Positions 20,237-33,360 of a stretch of 64,000 nt of DNA are shown here, in pieces. The first letter of the stretch is position 1. Each line of letters opens with the position of its first letter. Source of the DNA: an uncultured Chloroflexia bacterium (GTDB lineage Bacteria; Chloroflexota; Limnocylindria; Limnocylindrales; CSP1-4); the NCBI GenBank assembly GCA_963828165.1, contig CAWHDR010000001.1:672001-736000 (forward strand), written 5' to 3'. Below the pieces are notes generated by a model. It was given only the letters and a program-made list of their open reading frames with translations, searched no databases and had not been told where the DNA came from. Position numbers and translations under genes: made by a program.

Positions 20237-20428
20237 GGCGATCTCCAGTCGATACGCTGGGTATGTGGTGGCGCCCCCGGGAGCAAGCTCCTCGCCACGT
20301 TTGTCAGAACAAAAGTACACCGCACCGCACCTAACGTAGGCATTGCAGACTGGCTGGTGACCGTGCACGAACCGAAAGGTTCGCTGTGGGTCACGGTCCT
20401 CGAATTTGAAAAACAGGAGGTACACGCC

Positions 20429-21166
20429 ATGGGGCTCCCGGCCGGAACGACGATCACCTGGTATGGCCACTCCTGCATCCGGATCGACACCGCGGGCGGC
20501 AAGACCGTGCTCATCGACCCCTGGTTCGCGAACCCCACGAGCCCGATGTCGGCGGACGCCGTGGAACGCTGCGACCTGTTGCTGGTGACGCACGGCCACT
20601 TCGACCACATGGGCGACGCGATCGCCCTGGCCAGCCGGTTGCGACCGACCTGGCCGTGCATGCACGAGATGAGCCTGTGGCTGGCGCGCCGGTTGCCAGG
20701 CGGCGGCGATGCCGCCATCGGCATGAACAAGGGCGGCACCGTCGAGGCCGCGGGCCTGCACGTGACGATGGTGGGCGCCGATCATTCGGCGGGTGACTGG
20801 AACGCGGGCGGCGAGACCACCTTGTATCTCGGTGAGCCCGCCGGGTTCGTCGTGGAGCTCGAGGACGGCTATCGCGTGTATCACGCAGGCGACACGCAGG
20901 TCTTCGGGGACATGGCCCTGATCCGCGACCTGCACCGCCCGGACCTCGCCATGCTGCCGATCGGCGGGCACTTCACGATGGATCCCACGGCGGCCGCGCT
21001 CGCGGTGGAGCTGCTGGGCGTCAAGGATGTCGTGCCGCTCCATTACGGCACGTTCCCGATCCTGACCGGCACGCCGGACGAGTGGCGCGCCGCGCTGTCG
21101 GCGCGGGGCCTCGGCGATGTGACCGTCCACGCACCGAACCCTGGCGGATCCCTGGGCGGCGGCTGA
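20429..21166 (+). CDS. Metal-dependent hydrolase, metallo-beta-lactamase fold (UPF0173-like)
   Basis: WYGHS, IDPW, THGHFDH, YHAGDT, LPIGGHFTMD, PLHYGTF; RBS AGGAGG. Confidence 0.92.
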   Translation: MGLPAGTTITWYGHSCIRIDTAGGKTVLIDPWFANPTSPMSADAVERCDLLLVTHGHFDHMGDAIALASRLRPTWPCMHEMSLWLARRLPGGGDAAIGMNKGGTVEAAGLHVTMVGADHSAGDWNAGGETTLYLGEPAGFVVELEDGYRVYHAGDTQVFGDMALIRDLHRPDLAMLPIGGHFTMDPTAAALAVELLGVKDVVPLHYGTFPILTGTPDEWRAALSARGLGDVTVHAPNPGGSLGGG

Positions 21167-21339
21167 TCGAACGCTCGATGCGTCGGGTTGGCGGTGACAC
21201 CATTCATGTCGTCGCACACGCACACGCGGCCGGGTCGCGGATATCCCGCTGAAATGGCGCATCGCGTACCGTAGCCCTCCGGCCTGAACGGCCGGCTCAG
21301 CGCTCGCTGCGACTCGGAGGATCCTCGATCAATCCCCTG

Positions 21340-22152
21340 GTGCTCATCGTTCTCGCCGGCTGGGCTGTGGGATTCGGCCTCGCGGGCGGCTGGTATGCCG
21401 CAGCCCGCGGTCGGCGTCCCATCGTGTGGGGCCTGTTCGGTGCGATCCTGGGACCCGTGGCGCTCCTGCTTCTAGCCAAGGCGCCCCCTGGTCGTTGCAG
21501 CGTGTGCCACTCCAGGGTCCAGGGCTGGGCGTGGATCTGTGGGTGGTGCGGAAGCCCGGTCGCCACGACGGTGCCGGCAACACGCGAAGCGCTGCAGGCA
21601 AGGCCCACAGGCACGCCGGCCGCGGATCCCGCGACCGCTGCCCTGCCCGCAGCCACACTGGCTTCGCGAAACCCCGAGTACCTGCGGCGGTCGCCCAGGG
21701 TGGCCATCACGCGTTCGCCGGGTCAGCGCCCGACGGCCCGCCGCGGACGATCGGCGGTGCCCCGGGATGCCGCCGAGCAGCGCAGCATCGAGGCGTCGGC
21801 GGCGGGGCCTCCGGCGTCGGTCGAACCGGTGGAGGGTCCACGGATCCTTGCGTCGGGCGTCTTCGTGAACGGCACGGTCGGGCTGCAGATCGGCTCGCGA
21901 TACCTGATCGCGCTCGCCGACGAGCGGTTGCGGGTACTGGGTCCCGCCGATGAGGATCCGACGTCGGTCGTCTTCGAGCGGTCGGTGCACGAGATGGACG
22001 CGACCGGCTTGAATGAGCGCCTGATCCTGAACCAGCGATCGAACGCGCGAGGTGCGTCGATCCTGGCGTTCATCTCGCTCGCCGGCGGCACCCCGGAGGG
22101 CGTCGCCGAGGAAGTCGTCCAGGCCGCCCTTGCGGTCGGTGCCCAGCCGTGA
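21340..22152 (+). CDS. Hypothetical membrane protein with CxxC-x10-CxxC zinc ribbon
   Basis: Two TMs (WGLFGAILGPVAL), CSVC...CGWC; GGAGG at 21316-21320 sits 7 nt before an in-frame ATC (21328), so the start is uncertain. Confidence 0.65.
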   Translation: MLIVLAGWAVGFGLAGGWYAAARGRRPIVWGLFGAILGPVALLLLAKAPPGRCSVCHSRVQGWAWICGWCGSPVATTVPATREALQARPTGTPAADPATAALPAATLASRNPEYLRRSPRVAITRSPGQRPTARRGRSAVPRDAAEQRSIEASAAGPPASVEPVEGPRILASGVFVNGTVGLQIGSRYLIALADERLRVLGPADEDPTSVVFERSVHEMDATGLNERLILNQRSNARGASILAFISLAGGTPEGVAEEVVQAALAVGAQP

Positions 22153-22811
22153 GCAGTTCCGCTCCCCCGCCGGCGGCCAGGCTCCGTCGGGTCCTCGGTC
22201 CGGAGGTCGTGGCGGGCCTGCTCTCCGTCGTCGTCGTAGCGGTCACCCTGCCGTTCTTGCTGCAAGCCTTGAATACCCCGATGGGCTCCATCCTGCCCGC
22301 GCCGGCTCCGTCGGCGAGCGTGGCCGGCGTCGCCCCATCGGCGAGCTCGAGCCCGGTCGCCCGACCCTCGGCAAGTGGCAGTGCCCTCCCGGCTGCAACG
22401 GCCACCGCAACGGGAGCCGAGGCGTGGGCATCGGAGGCCCGGGTCCTGGTCCAGGCGGCGTCTGGCTTGATCGAGCTGCGCGACGACCTCGCGCGGATCG
22501 TCGATGCGCGCCCGAGCCGGGCAGCCGACATCGCCCGGCAACTGCGCGCGATGAATCCGAGCCTGAGCGCGACGCTCGAGCACCTCGAGGGCATGGAGTC
22601 GAACGGTGCGCCGTCCGATCTGGTCCTAGACGTCCGGAAGCCGATTTCCAGAGCACTCGCGGCGAGCCAGGAGGCGCTGCGAGCATCGCTCCCGAACCGC
22701 GAGGCGTACCGAGCTGGTGCGGCCGAGGTGCTGGAGGCGCTGGAGAACGTCGAAGCCCTGATGGCGCGCGTCGAGAAGGAAGCGGGGTTGGACTCAGCCG
22801 CCTCGCGCTGA
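22149..22811 (+). CDS. Hypothetical membrane-anchored helical protein
   Basis: GTGA overlap with the upstream gene; TM, P/S/A linker, amphipathic helical domain. Confidence 0.6.
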   Translation: MSSSAPPPAARLRRVLGPEVVAGLLSVVVVAVTLPFLLQALNTPMGSILPAPAPSASVAGVAPSASSSPVARPSASGSALPAATATATGAEAWASEARVLVQAASGLIELRDDLARIVDARPSRAADIARQLRAMNPSLSATLEHLEGMESNGAPSDLVLDVRKPISRALAASQEALRASLPNREAYRAGAAEVLEALENVEALMARVEKEAGLDSAASR

Positions 22812-24107
22812 CGCGGCCGGGATCGCCTGCCCGAAGCGTGCGGCCTGTTCGAACCACAGGTCGGTCGCCAGTCGTCCGGGGGGCAACCGCACATCCTCGA
22901 ACGTGATCGCCGCGTCGGTGGCGATGTCGCGAACCAGCTCCGCGCCGTCGGCCAGGCCCATCGGCAGCAGGTTCTCCGATCTCGCGGTGGCGCTGTTGTC
23001 GAGCATGCCGTAGACGGTGAATCCGCCGATCCCGTCGAGGGTCTCCCCGGACCGAAGGTCGCGCTTGGCCAGCGCGACGACCTCCGTGACCGGTGGTCCG
23101 AGTGGCGTGATGGCCGGGTCCCGGAGGAGCACGGCCCGGGCCACGGATTGGACGGTCTCGAGCGGTCCCAGGTGGAAGGGTCGGTAGAACGTGTAGACCG
23201 GCCCGTCGCCCATCTTGTAGAACTTCATGTAGTGGCGGGTCAGCGGATCCTCCTCGTAGCCCAGCACGAAGATGCCGAAGCTCGGCTCCGCGCCGATCAG
23301 GTAATCGACGATGGGTCGCTCGAGCAGCGCCTCGATGTCGAACATCTCGGGTGCCTGCTCGACCCGTTCGGCTCGCGGGCCGGCCATCCCGCGCACCGCG
23401 ACGCCGAAGCCGGTGGCGTTGGCCACGACACCCATCTCCGCGGCGATCTTGGTGCCGTCGGCGAAGGAGGTGATCATCTTGGGCCGCTGCCCGACCGCTT
23501 CCGCGAAGGCGCGCTGCGTCTCCGGTGTCCGGCGATGATCCAGGAGGCTCTTGATGTTGCCGGCCAGGATCGGCCGGAACCCGAGCAGGGTCACCTCGTC
23601 GATCAGGTCCATGATCACGGCGGGCTGGTCGCCGGCCATGTCGGTCAGGATCACGCCAGCCGCGTCGGCTCGTGTCTTCAGGAGGGGTCCAAGCGTCGAG
23701 TCGAGCTCGGCATTGATGAGGATGAGGTCCTTGCCGGCGGCGATGGTCTTGATCGCGACACCGGCGCCGAACTCGACCTCGCCGGTCGCCTCCACGATGA
23801 CATCGATCTCGCTCGCGTCCGTCAGCAATGTCGGGTCGTCCGTCACCGCCGGGCGGCCGGCCGCGATCGCCGTCCCCAGATCGGCCGCGCCATCCACGCG
23901 AACGACGTCGTCGACACCGCCGTCGCGATACGCCCGCTCGGCCTCCGAGATCGTGCGGTTCGCCACCGCGACGATGCGCATGCCGGGCGTTCGCCGCAGC
24001 ACGCGCGCAACGAAGCCACGCCCGGCAAAGCCGGCCCCGACCACCCCGACCCGGATCGGGTTTGCGGCCGACGCGCGTTCCTCGAGGGCGCGCAGGACGG
24101 CGCTCAC
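22794..24107 (-). CDS. NAD(P)-dependent oxidoreductase, homoserine-dehydrogenase-like with C-terminal SAF domain
   Basis: GVVGAGFAG, EATG, AGDQP, FADGTKI, FYRPFHL, AKRDLRSGETLDGIGG (SAF). Confidence 0.9.
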   Translation of the reverse strand: MSAVLRALEERASAANPIRVGVVGAGFAGRGFVARVLRRTPGMRIVAVANRTISEAERAYRDGGVDDVVRVDGAADLGTAIAAGRPAVTDDPTLLTDASEIDVIVEATGEVEFGAGVAIKTIAAGKDLILINAELDSTLGPLLKTRADAAGVILTDMAGDQPAVIMDLIDEVTLLGFRPILAGNIKSLLDHRRTPETQRAFAEAVGQRPKMITSFADGTKIAAEMGVVANATGFGVAVRGMAGPRAERVEQAPEMFDIEALLERPIVDYLIGAEPSFGIFVLGYEEDPLTRHYMKFYKMGDGPVYTFYRPFHLGPLETVQSVARAVLLRDPAITPLGPPVTEVVALAKRDLRSGETLDGIGGFTVYGMLDNSATARSENLLPMGLADGAELVRDIATDAAITFEDVRLPPGRLATDLWFEQAARFGQAIPAASARGG

Positions 24108-24649
24108 GCCGAGACCTCCAGGGCGAGATCGGGCCACGCTCGGTCCTTGTCCGACACGATGACGTCCTCGGTGATCGGCCACTCGATGCCCAGGGACGGG
24201 TCATCCCATCGGATGCCGCGCTCCGCGCCCGGCACGTACGGATGTGAGACCTGGTAGCTCACCTCGGCATGGTCTTCCAACGCCTGGTAGCCGTGGGCGC
24301 AGCCGGCCGGCACGAAGACCAGCGAGCGCGACTCCGCGTCGATGACGTGCCCTTGCGACTGTCCGTAGGTGGGCGAGCCTGGGCGCAGGTCGACCGCCAC
24401 GTCGAAGACGGACCCACGGGTACAGCGAAGGAGCTTCGACTCGCCGTAGGGATCCGGCTGCCAGTGCAGCCCGCGGACGGTGCCGCGATAGCGGTTGTAC
24501 GAGATGTTCGTCTGGACGTTGCGCAGGTCGACGCCCAGGTCGGCGGCCCAGGCATCGTCCCAGATCCGCGCGAAGAAGCCCCGGTCGTCGCCGATCCGCG
24601 TGAGATCCAGGAGGAAGGAGCCGTCCAGGCCGGCGGGTCGTAGCTTCAC
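24104..24649 (-). CDS. rfbC: dTDP/CDP-4-dehydro-6-deoxyhexose 3,5-epimerase family
   Basis: DDRGFFAR, GTVRGLHWQ, DVAVDLRPGSPTYG, GCAHGYQAL, GIRWDDP. Confidence 0.93.
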   Translation of the reverse strand: MKLRPAGLDGSFLLDLTRIGDDRGFFARIWDDAWAADLGVDLRNVQTNISYNRYRGTVRGLHWQPDPYGESKLLRCTRGSVFDVAVDLRPGSPTYGQSQGHVIDAESRSLVFVPAGCAHGYQALEDHAEVSYQVSHPYVPGAERGIRWDDPSLGIEWPITEDVIVSDKDRAWPDLALEVSA

Positions 24650-25740
24650 GCGCTGGCCCCGACGGTCTTGCTCCGCTCCTCGGCCAACAGGCCTTCGCGG
24701 TAGACGGCACCGGGCGGGTCGAGCCAGTAGAACCGTTCGTCGATCTGGCGCGTCGCCAGGAGGTGCTGGATCTGCTTGATCCGGGTGTGGCCGCGGAACT
24801 CGAAGAGCTCGGTGGTCATCTGCACGGCGCGGAAGACGTCGAGGAGCTGCTGCGCGCCGCGGGCGACGTCGTAGCGGCACTCGAAACCGGGTAGTCGCTC
24901 GTGGATCTTGTCGAAGCTGGCCTTGTAATTGCGGTCGTCCCCGGTGCTGTCGCCGATGCTCAGGCGGCAATCCGGGAACGTGGACGAGATGATCTCGGCG
25001 ATCTCGCGGATCTGGTAATTCTGTTCGTTGGTTCCGACGTTGAAGATCTCGCCGTGGATGATGTCGCGCGGCGCGGCGAGCACCGACGCGATGGCCCGGC
25101 TGATGTCGAGGATGTGGACGAACGGGCGCCAGGGCCGGCCGTCGCTGTCCATGCGGATCACCTGCTCGGTCCAGGCGTGTCCCGCGAGGTCGTTGACGAC
25201 GAGATCGAACCGCTGACGCGGTGACGCGCCGAATGCCGTCGCGTTGCGCAGGAACGTCGGAGAAAAGCCATCGTCGGCCATCGGCCGGACATCGCGCTCC
25301 ACCAGGACCTTGCATTGCGCGTAGGCCGTCAGCGGGTGGACGTCGGAGGTCTCGGTGCTGAACGAGTCGCCGGCGGCGCCATACACGCTGCACGACGACA
25401 TGTAGATGAACCGCTCGACTCCGACCTCGCGCGCCAGTGTCGCCAGGCGGACGCTGCCGTGGTGATTGATCTCGAAGGTGATGTCCGGGTTGAGCTGCCC
25501 GACCGGGTCGTTCGACAGCTCAGCCAGATGGACGATGGCGTCGAAACCGCGCAGGTCATCGGCGGTGAGCTGGCGGATGTCCTTCTCGATCCATGCGGGG
25601 GCACGGTCGACACCGTTGTACAGCCAGCCGACACGATGGAAGCCCGTGTCGACGCCGACGACCTCATGGCCATGCGCCATCAGGAACGGCGTCAGCACCG
25701 TTCCGATGTACCCCTCGCTACCGGTGACGAGGACACGCAT
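24646..25740 (-). CDS. NAD-dependent epimerase/dehydratase (extended SDR)
   Basis: VLVTGSEGYIG, HLAELSNDP, SSCSVYG, YAQCK (YxxxK), LRNATAFGASPRQRFD. Confidence 0.93.
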   Translation of the reverse strand: MRVLVTGSEGYIGTVLTPFLMAHGHEVVGVDTGFHRVGWLYNGVDRAPAWIEKDIRQLTADDLRGFDAIVHLAELSNDPVGQLNPDITFEINHHGSVRLATLAREVGVERFIYMSSCSVYGAAGDSFSTETSDVHPLTAYAQCKVLVERDVRPMADDGFSPTFLRNATAFGASPRQRFDLVVNDLAGHAWTEQVIRMDSDGRPWRPFVHILDISRAIASVLAAPRDIIHGEIFNVGTNEQNYQIREIAEIISSTFPDCRLSIGDSTGDDRNYKASFDKIHERLPGFECRYDVARGAQQLLDVFRAVQMTTELFEFRGHTRIKQIQHLLATRQIDERFYWLDPPGAVYREGLLAEERSKTVGASA

Positions 25741-25945
25741 CAGGACCCCACCTTCATCAACATCGATCCACCCCCGCCGCTCCGCGGCCTCTCGCTTGCA
25801 TGCTGCGGCGCGCCGTGACACCACGTGCGTCGCGCTAGGCACGGTACCCGAACTCGAGCTTCAGGGGTTGCATCCGCGATGGAGGCCGTTGCCGTTGAGC
25901 ACCACCACGTCAACCTTCGTACGGGGCACGAACGAGACCGGCACC

Positions 25946-25951
25946 TATAAT
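25946..25951 (+). promoter_or_regulatory. Putative sigma70 -10 element for the wzc-gmd-fcl unit
   Basis: Perfect TATAAT in very GC-rich DNA, about 80 nt upstream of the 26029 start; no good -35. Confidence 0.5.
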
Positions 25952-26028
25952 GCCAACCCGTTGCCCGATTCCCGATCGCCTCCCACGAGGGGGCGCGACC
26001 GCGATCATCACTGGAGTAACCAGGCAAA

Positions 26029-27716
26029 GTGGACCTTCGCCGCCAGATCGGCGTCCTGCGCTCGTGGGCCCGGTGGATCATCCTGGGCACCTTGCTCAGC
26101 GCGCTCGTCGCGCTCGGCATCGGCCTGATCCTGCCGAAGCAATACGAGGCCGACAGCCGGCTGCTGGTCGGTCAGGCCCTCGTCACCTCGAGCCCCAACG
26201 TCGATCAGTTCGCGACGGCCGAGTCGCTGGCGGCGTCGTACGGCGAGCTGGCCAGCTCCCGGCGCGTGCTCGAACCAGTTCGCGCCAAGGTGGGCCTGAA
26301 CGAGTCGCTCGACACCTTCCGCGCCCGGATCACGGTCCGCACGCGAGAACGCCAGCCGTTCATCGACATCACCGCCCGGGGCTCCAGCCCCGAGGAAGCC
26401 AAGGCCATCGTCGACGGGGTCGCGGCTGAGCTTCTCGGTATCGCGGCCGCCGTCGTCCTGCCCCCGGACGACATCACGGCCTTCACGGAGGAGGACCTGG
26501 CGGTCATCCAGACCCAGATCGTCGACACCCGCGCCGAGCTCAACCGGCTGATCGAGATCGCGTCCCCGACGACCGCGCAACAGGATCGCATCGACACGCT
26601 CCAGACTCGGCTGCTCAACCTGCGATCCGCCTACGCAGCACTGCAGGCGGCCAGCCCCGCCGTTCCACTCAACCAGCTGACCGTCATCGACGCCGGCGAC
26701 CTGGCGACGCGTCCGACCTCGCCCGGCCCGATCACCACCTTGCTGATCGGTGCGGTGCTGGGTCTCATCGTCATGATCGCGGCCGCGTTCATCTGGGAGA
26801 CGACCGACGATCGGATCCGGACGGCCGAGGACGTCCAGCGGGTGACCGGCCTGGCCGTCATCGCCCGGATCCTGCGCATGCCCGGTGGGAAGGAGCGCAA
26901 GGAGCTCTACCGATTGGCCACCCTGCTCTACCCTCGGTCGCCGGTCGCCGAGGCCTTTCGCGCGCTGCGCACCAATCTCGAGTTCGCCTCGCTCGATGAG
27001 AGCCACCGGACGATCGTCGTCACGAGCTCGGCCGCGCACGAAGGCAAGACCGTCGTCGCCTCGAACCTGGCCGTGGCGTACGCCCAGAGCGGGCGCAACG
27101 TGATCCTCGTCGATGCCGACCTGCGTCTGCCCGGTGTCCACGTCATGTTCGGCGTGGAGAACGTGCCAGGCCTGACCGACCTCGCCCGATCGGACGAGCT
27201 GGCGATCGAGGACGTCCTTCAGGCCACGGAGGTGCCGGGTCTCAAGGTCCTCACCGCTGGCACCATCCCGGGCAATCCCGCCGAGCTCCTCGGCTCGCTC
27301 CGGATCAAGAACCTCCTGGCCAGCCTCCAGGACCAGGCCGAGCACATCGTCATCGACACGGCCCCGGTTGGCGTCGTGACGGATGCCGCGGTCCTCGCCG
27401 CGTATGCCGACGCGACGGTCTTCGTGGTCCGCGAATCCTTCTCGTCCGAGCGCGTGGTGCGCCGCGGTCGCGATGCGCTGGCATCGGTCAACGCCCACGT
27501 CGTCGGTGCCGTCCTCACGTTCGTGCGGCCGCGCGCCGGCGAGGCCGAACCCTATTTTGCGACCTATGTGGATGACAAGACCATGCACGCCGATGCGCCG
27601 GCGGCGATGCCGTCGGCGAACGGGGCGGGCCAGCCGACCGTGAGCTCGAGCCGAAAACGCCGGGGTGGGATATCGACACGGACGCGATCCCGGACTCCGC
27701 GCCGGGCGGAGGACAC

Positions 27717-27720
<4 letters not shown>
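26029..27720 (+). CDS. Polysaccharide co-polymerase / tyrosine autokinase (Wzz-CpsD fusion, Wzc-like)
   Basis: Wzz N-terminal TM and PKQYEA, second [12 protein letters not shown], Walker A AHEGKT, LVDADLR, VIDTAP. Confidence 0.93.
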
Positions 27721-31252
<3,532 letters not shown>

Positions 31253-31472
31253 CCTGTCGGACCTGCGAGCCGAGCTTGGCACATGGTCTGGGCGACCCCG
31301 TTGCGGCGGTTGGTCGGCGAGTATAGCCGGACCATCGGGAGGCTCCGGAACCACCCCAGACCGGCGCACTCCGCGCCAGTCCGCCCCTCCCACCCGGGCA
31401 CAAGGTCACGCGCCTGCGTGACCTTTTCGCCAGTGACATCCGGGGTTCTCCGGACGATGCTTCCGCAAACGC

Positions 31473-31559
31473 TCTGACCGAACGAGCACACCCGTCGTGA
31501 GGCGGGGCCGCAAAGCCACGGGCCTGCGCGATGCAGGTAGCCGAGTTGCCGAAGCAGAA
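31473..31559 (+). ncRNA. GEMM-I (c-di-GMP-I fold) riboswitch, A20 variant (candidate 3',3'-cGAMP sensor)
   Basis: GAGCACACCCGTC-GTGA-GGCGGGGCCGCAAAGCCACGGGCCTGC-GCGAT-GCAGGTAGCCGAGTTGCCGAA matches the Vc2 aptamer (recalled sequence) in register: P2 with GNRA loop, GCAAAGC, P3, GTAGC, GTTRCCG. It lies in the 5' UTR of the CDS at 31647. Confidence 0.9.
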
Positions 31560-31646
31560 CCGATCCCCGCCCAAGGGATTCCCCGACGCCCCCCGTCGGA
31601 GCCGGCTACCTCGACCCCGCGGCCCAATGACGAGGGAGTCGAGTCC

Positions 31647-33294
31647 ATGCGGAACATCCGGGTTGCCGACCGCGCCGACTGGGTCTTCGAGGCCCCCAAG
31701 CCGACGCCTCCGAAGCCGGGCAGGCGACTCCGCGATTGGCTGGCGACGCTCCCCATGATCCTGCTCATTCCCGCGCTGGTGCTGCCATTCATCGCCACGT
31801 CCGCCGCCGGCGAGGGCACGCTCGTGGTGACGCCGACTACGGTCTCGTCCGGCGATCGCCTGACGGTCCGCGGCGAGAACCTGATGAAGGGCAACGCCCG
31901 ACTCGTCTGGGACGACGACGCTTCCATGTCGACGGCGATGCGAGTCAAGGGCAATGGCACGCTTCGCACCACGATCGACGTCCCAAGGTTCAAGAACGGC
32001 GAGCACAAGTTGACGATCATCTCGGCGAACGCCGCAGCCCCCGCGACGTCGGTGACCGTGACGGTCGTCGCGGCGCCACCGGCTGCCACCCCGGAGCCGA
32101 CGCCGGCTCCAACCCCGACCCCGCGGCCGACGCCGGCTCCCACCCCGACCCCGAGGCCTACGCCGGTACCGACTGCGGTCCCGACTGCGGTCCCGACACC
32201 CGCGCCGACCCCCGTCGCGACACCCGCGCCGACACCCGTCGTCACGCCGGCAGCGACACCGATCGCGACGCCAGCGGCGACACCCGTCGTCACACCTGCG
32301 CCGACACCCCTGGTCACACCTGTGCCGACGCCCGTCCCGACGGCGGTCCCGACGCCCGTCGTGACCCCGCGACCCACGCCGGTGCCCACCCCACCCGACC
32401 CCCATCCCGACGCCCGTCGTGACCCCGCGACCCACGCCGGTGCCCACCGCGGTCCCGACCCCCGTCCCGACGCCGGTCCCGCCCCCCGCGCCGCCGGTTG
32501 GTGATCCCTGGGCCGTCCCGTTCGCGACCCGGCCGGCGTCCGGCCCGATCCGACTGGCGAACTGCTCGAACGTCGTGATCGAGGGCAAGACCTTCAAGGA
32601 TCTCGGCGCCGGGGTCATCGCCATCCGCATCGAGAACTGCTCGAACGTGACGATCCGATCCGTCGACTTCCTGAACGTGGCTGAAGGCGTCTACGCCCTC
32701 AACTCATCGAACATCAAGATCATCGATTCGCGATACAGCAACATCACCGGGCCGGCCCAGCCGCGGACCGGCGCCAACGTCGGGAACTTTGTCCAATTCA
32801 ACAATGTTGCCGGCGGGCTCATCGATCACAACAAGGGCAGGAGCGGTGACACCGAGGACATCGTGTCGGTGTATCAGTCCGATCACGTCATCGTCGAAGA
32901 CAACCATTTCGAGGGCACCAACTGGACGAGCGCATCCGGCTCCGGCATCGCGCTGGCGGACGGTGGCGGCTCGTACAACATCGCACAGCGGAACATCCTG
33001 CTCAATCCCGGTCAGGTCGGCATTTTCATCGCCGGCGGCCTGAACAACAAGATCCTCGGCAACACGATCTACGGCGAGCAGCGCCTCAGGTCGAATGTCG
33101 GGCTCTATGTCTGGAACCAGTCGAGCTCGCCCTGCTCGGGCCAGGAAGTCACCGGCAACCGGGTCTACTGGCGCAATGCCGCCGGCAGCGCGAACCCGGC
33201 GTGGAACGCAGGAAACTGCGGAACGGTCACCGGCTGGTCGGCGAACAACTGGTCCGCGACGTTCGACATCAGCACCCTTCGCGTGCATCTCTGA
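31647..33294 (+). CDS. Secreted protein: signal/TM + Ig-like domain + long Pro/Thr linker + right-handed beta-helix (pectin lyase-like); frameshift near 32390
   Basis: ORFs 31497-32504 and 32419-33294 join across the PT-repeat; C-domain has [36 protein letters not shown] and Asn ladders; RBS GAGGGAG. Confidence 0.8.
32080..32495 (+). repeat. Low-complexity Pro/Thr linker including an exact 44-bp direct repeat
   Basis: (PTPV/PTPA)n; TCCCGACGCCCGTCGTGACCCCGCGACCCACGCCGGTGCCCACC at 32347-32390 and 32405-32448. Confidence 0.85.
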
Positions 33295-33360
33295 TCGAGC
33301 GCTGAGCCCGGCGGCCGCCGGCCGCCGGGCCTCGAACGGGGATGCCGCTATCATCCCCCG

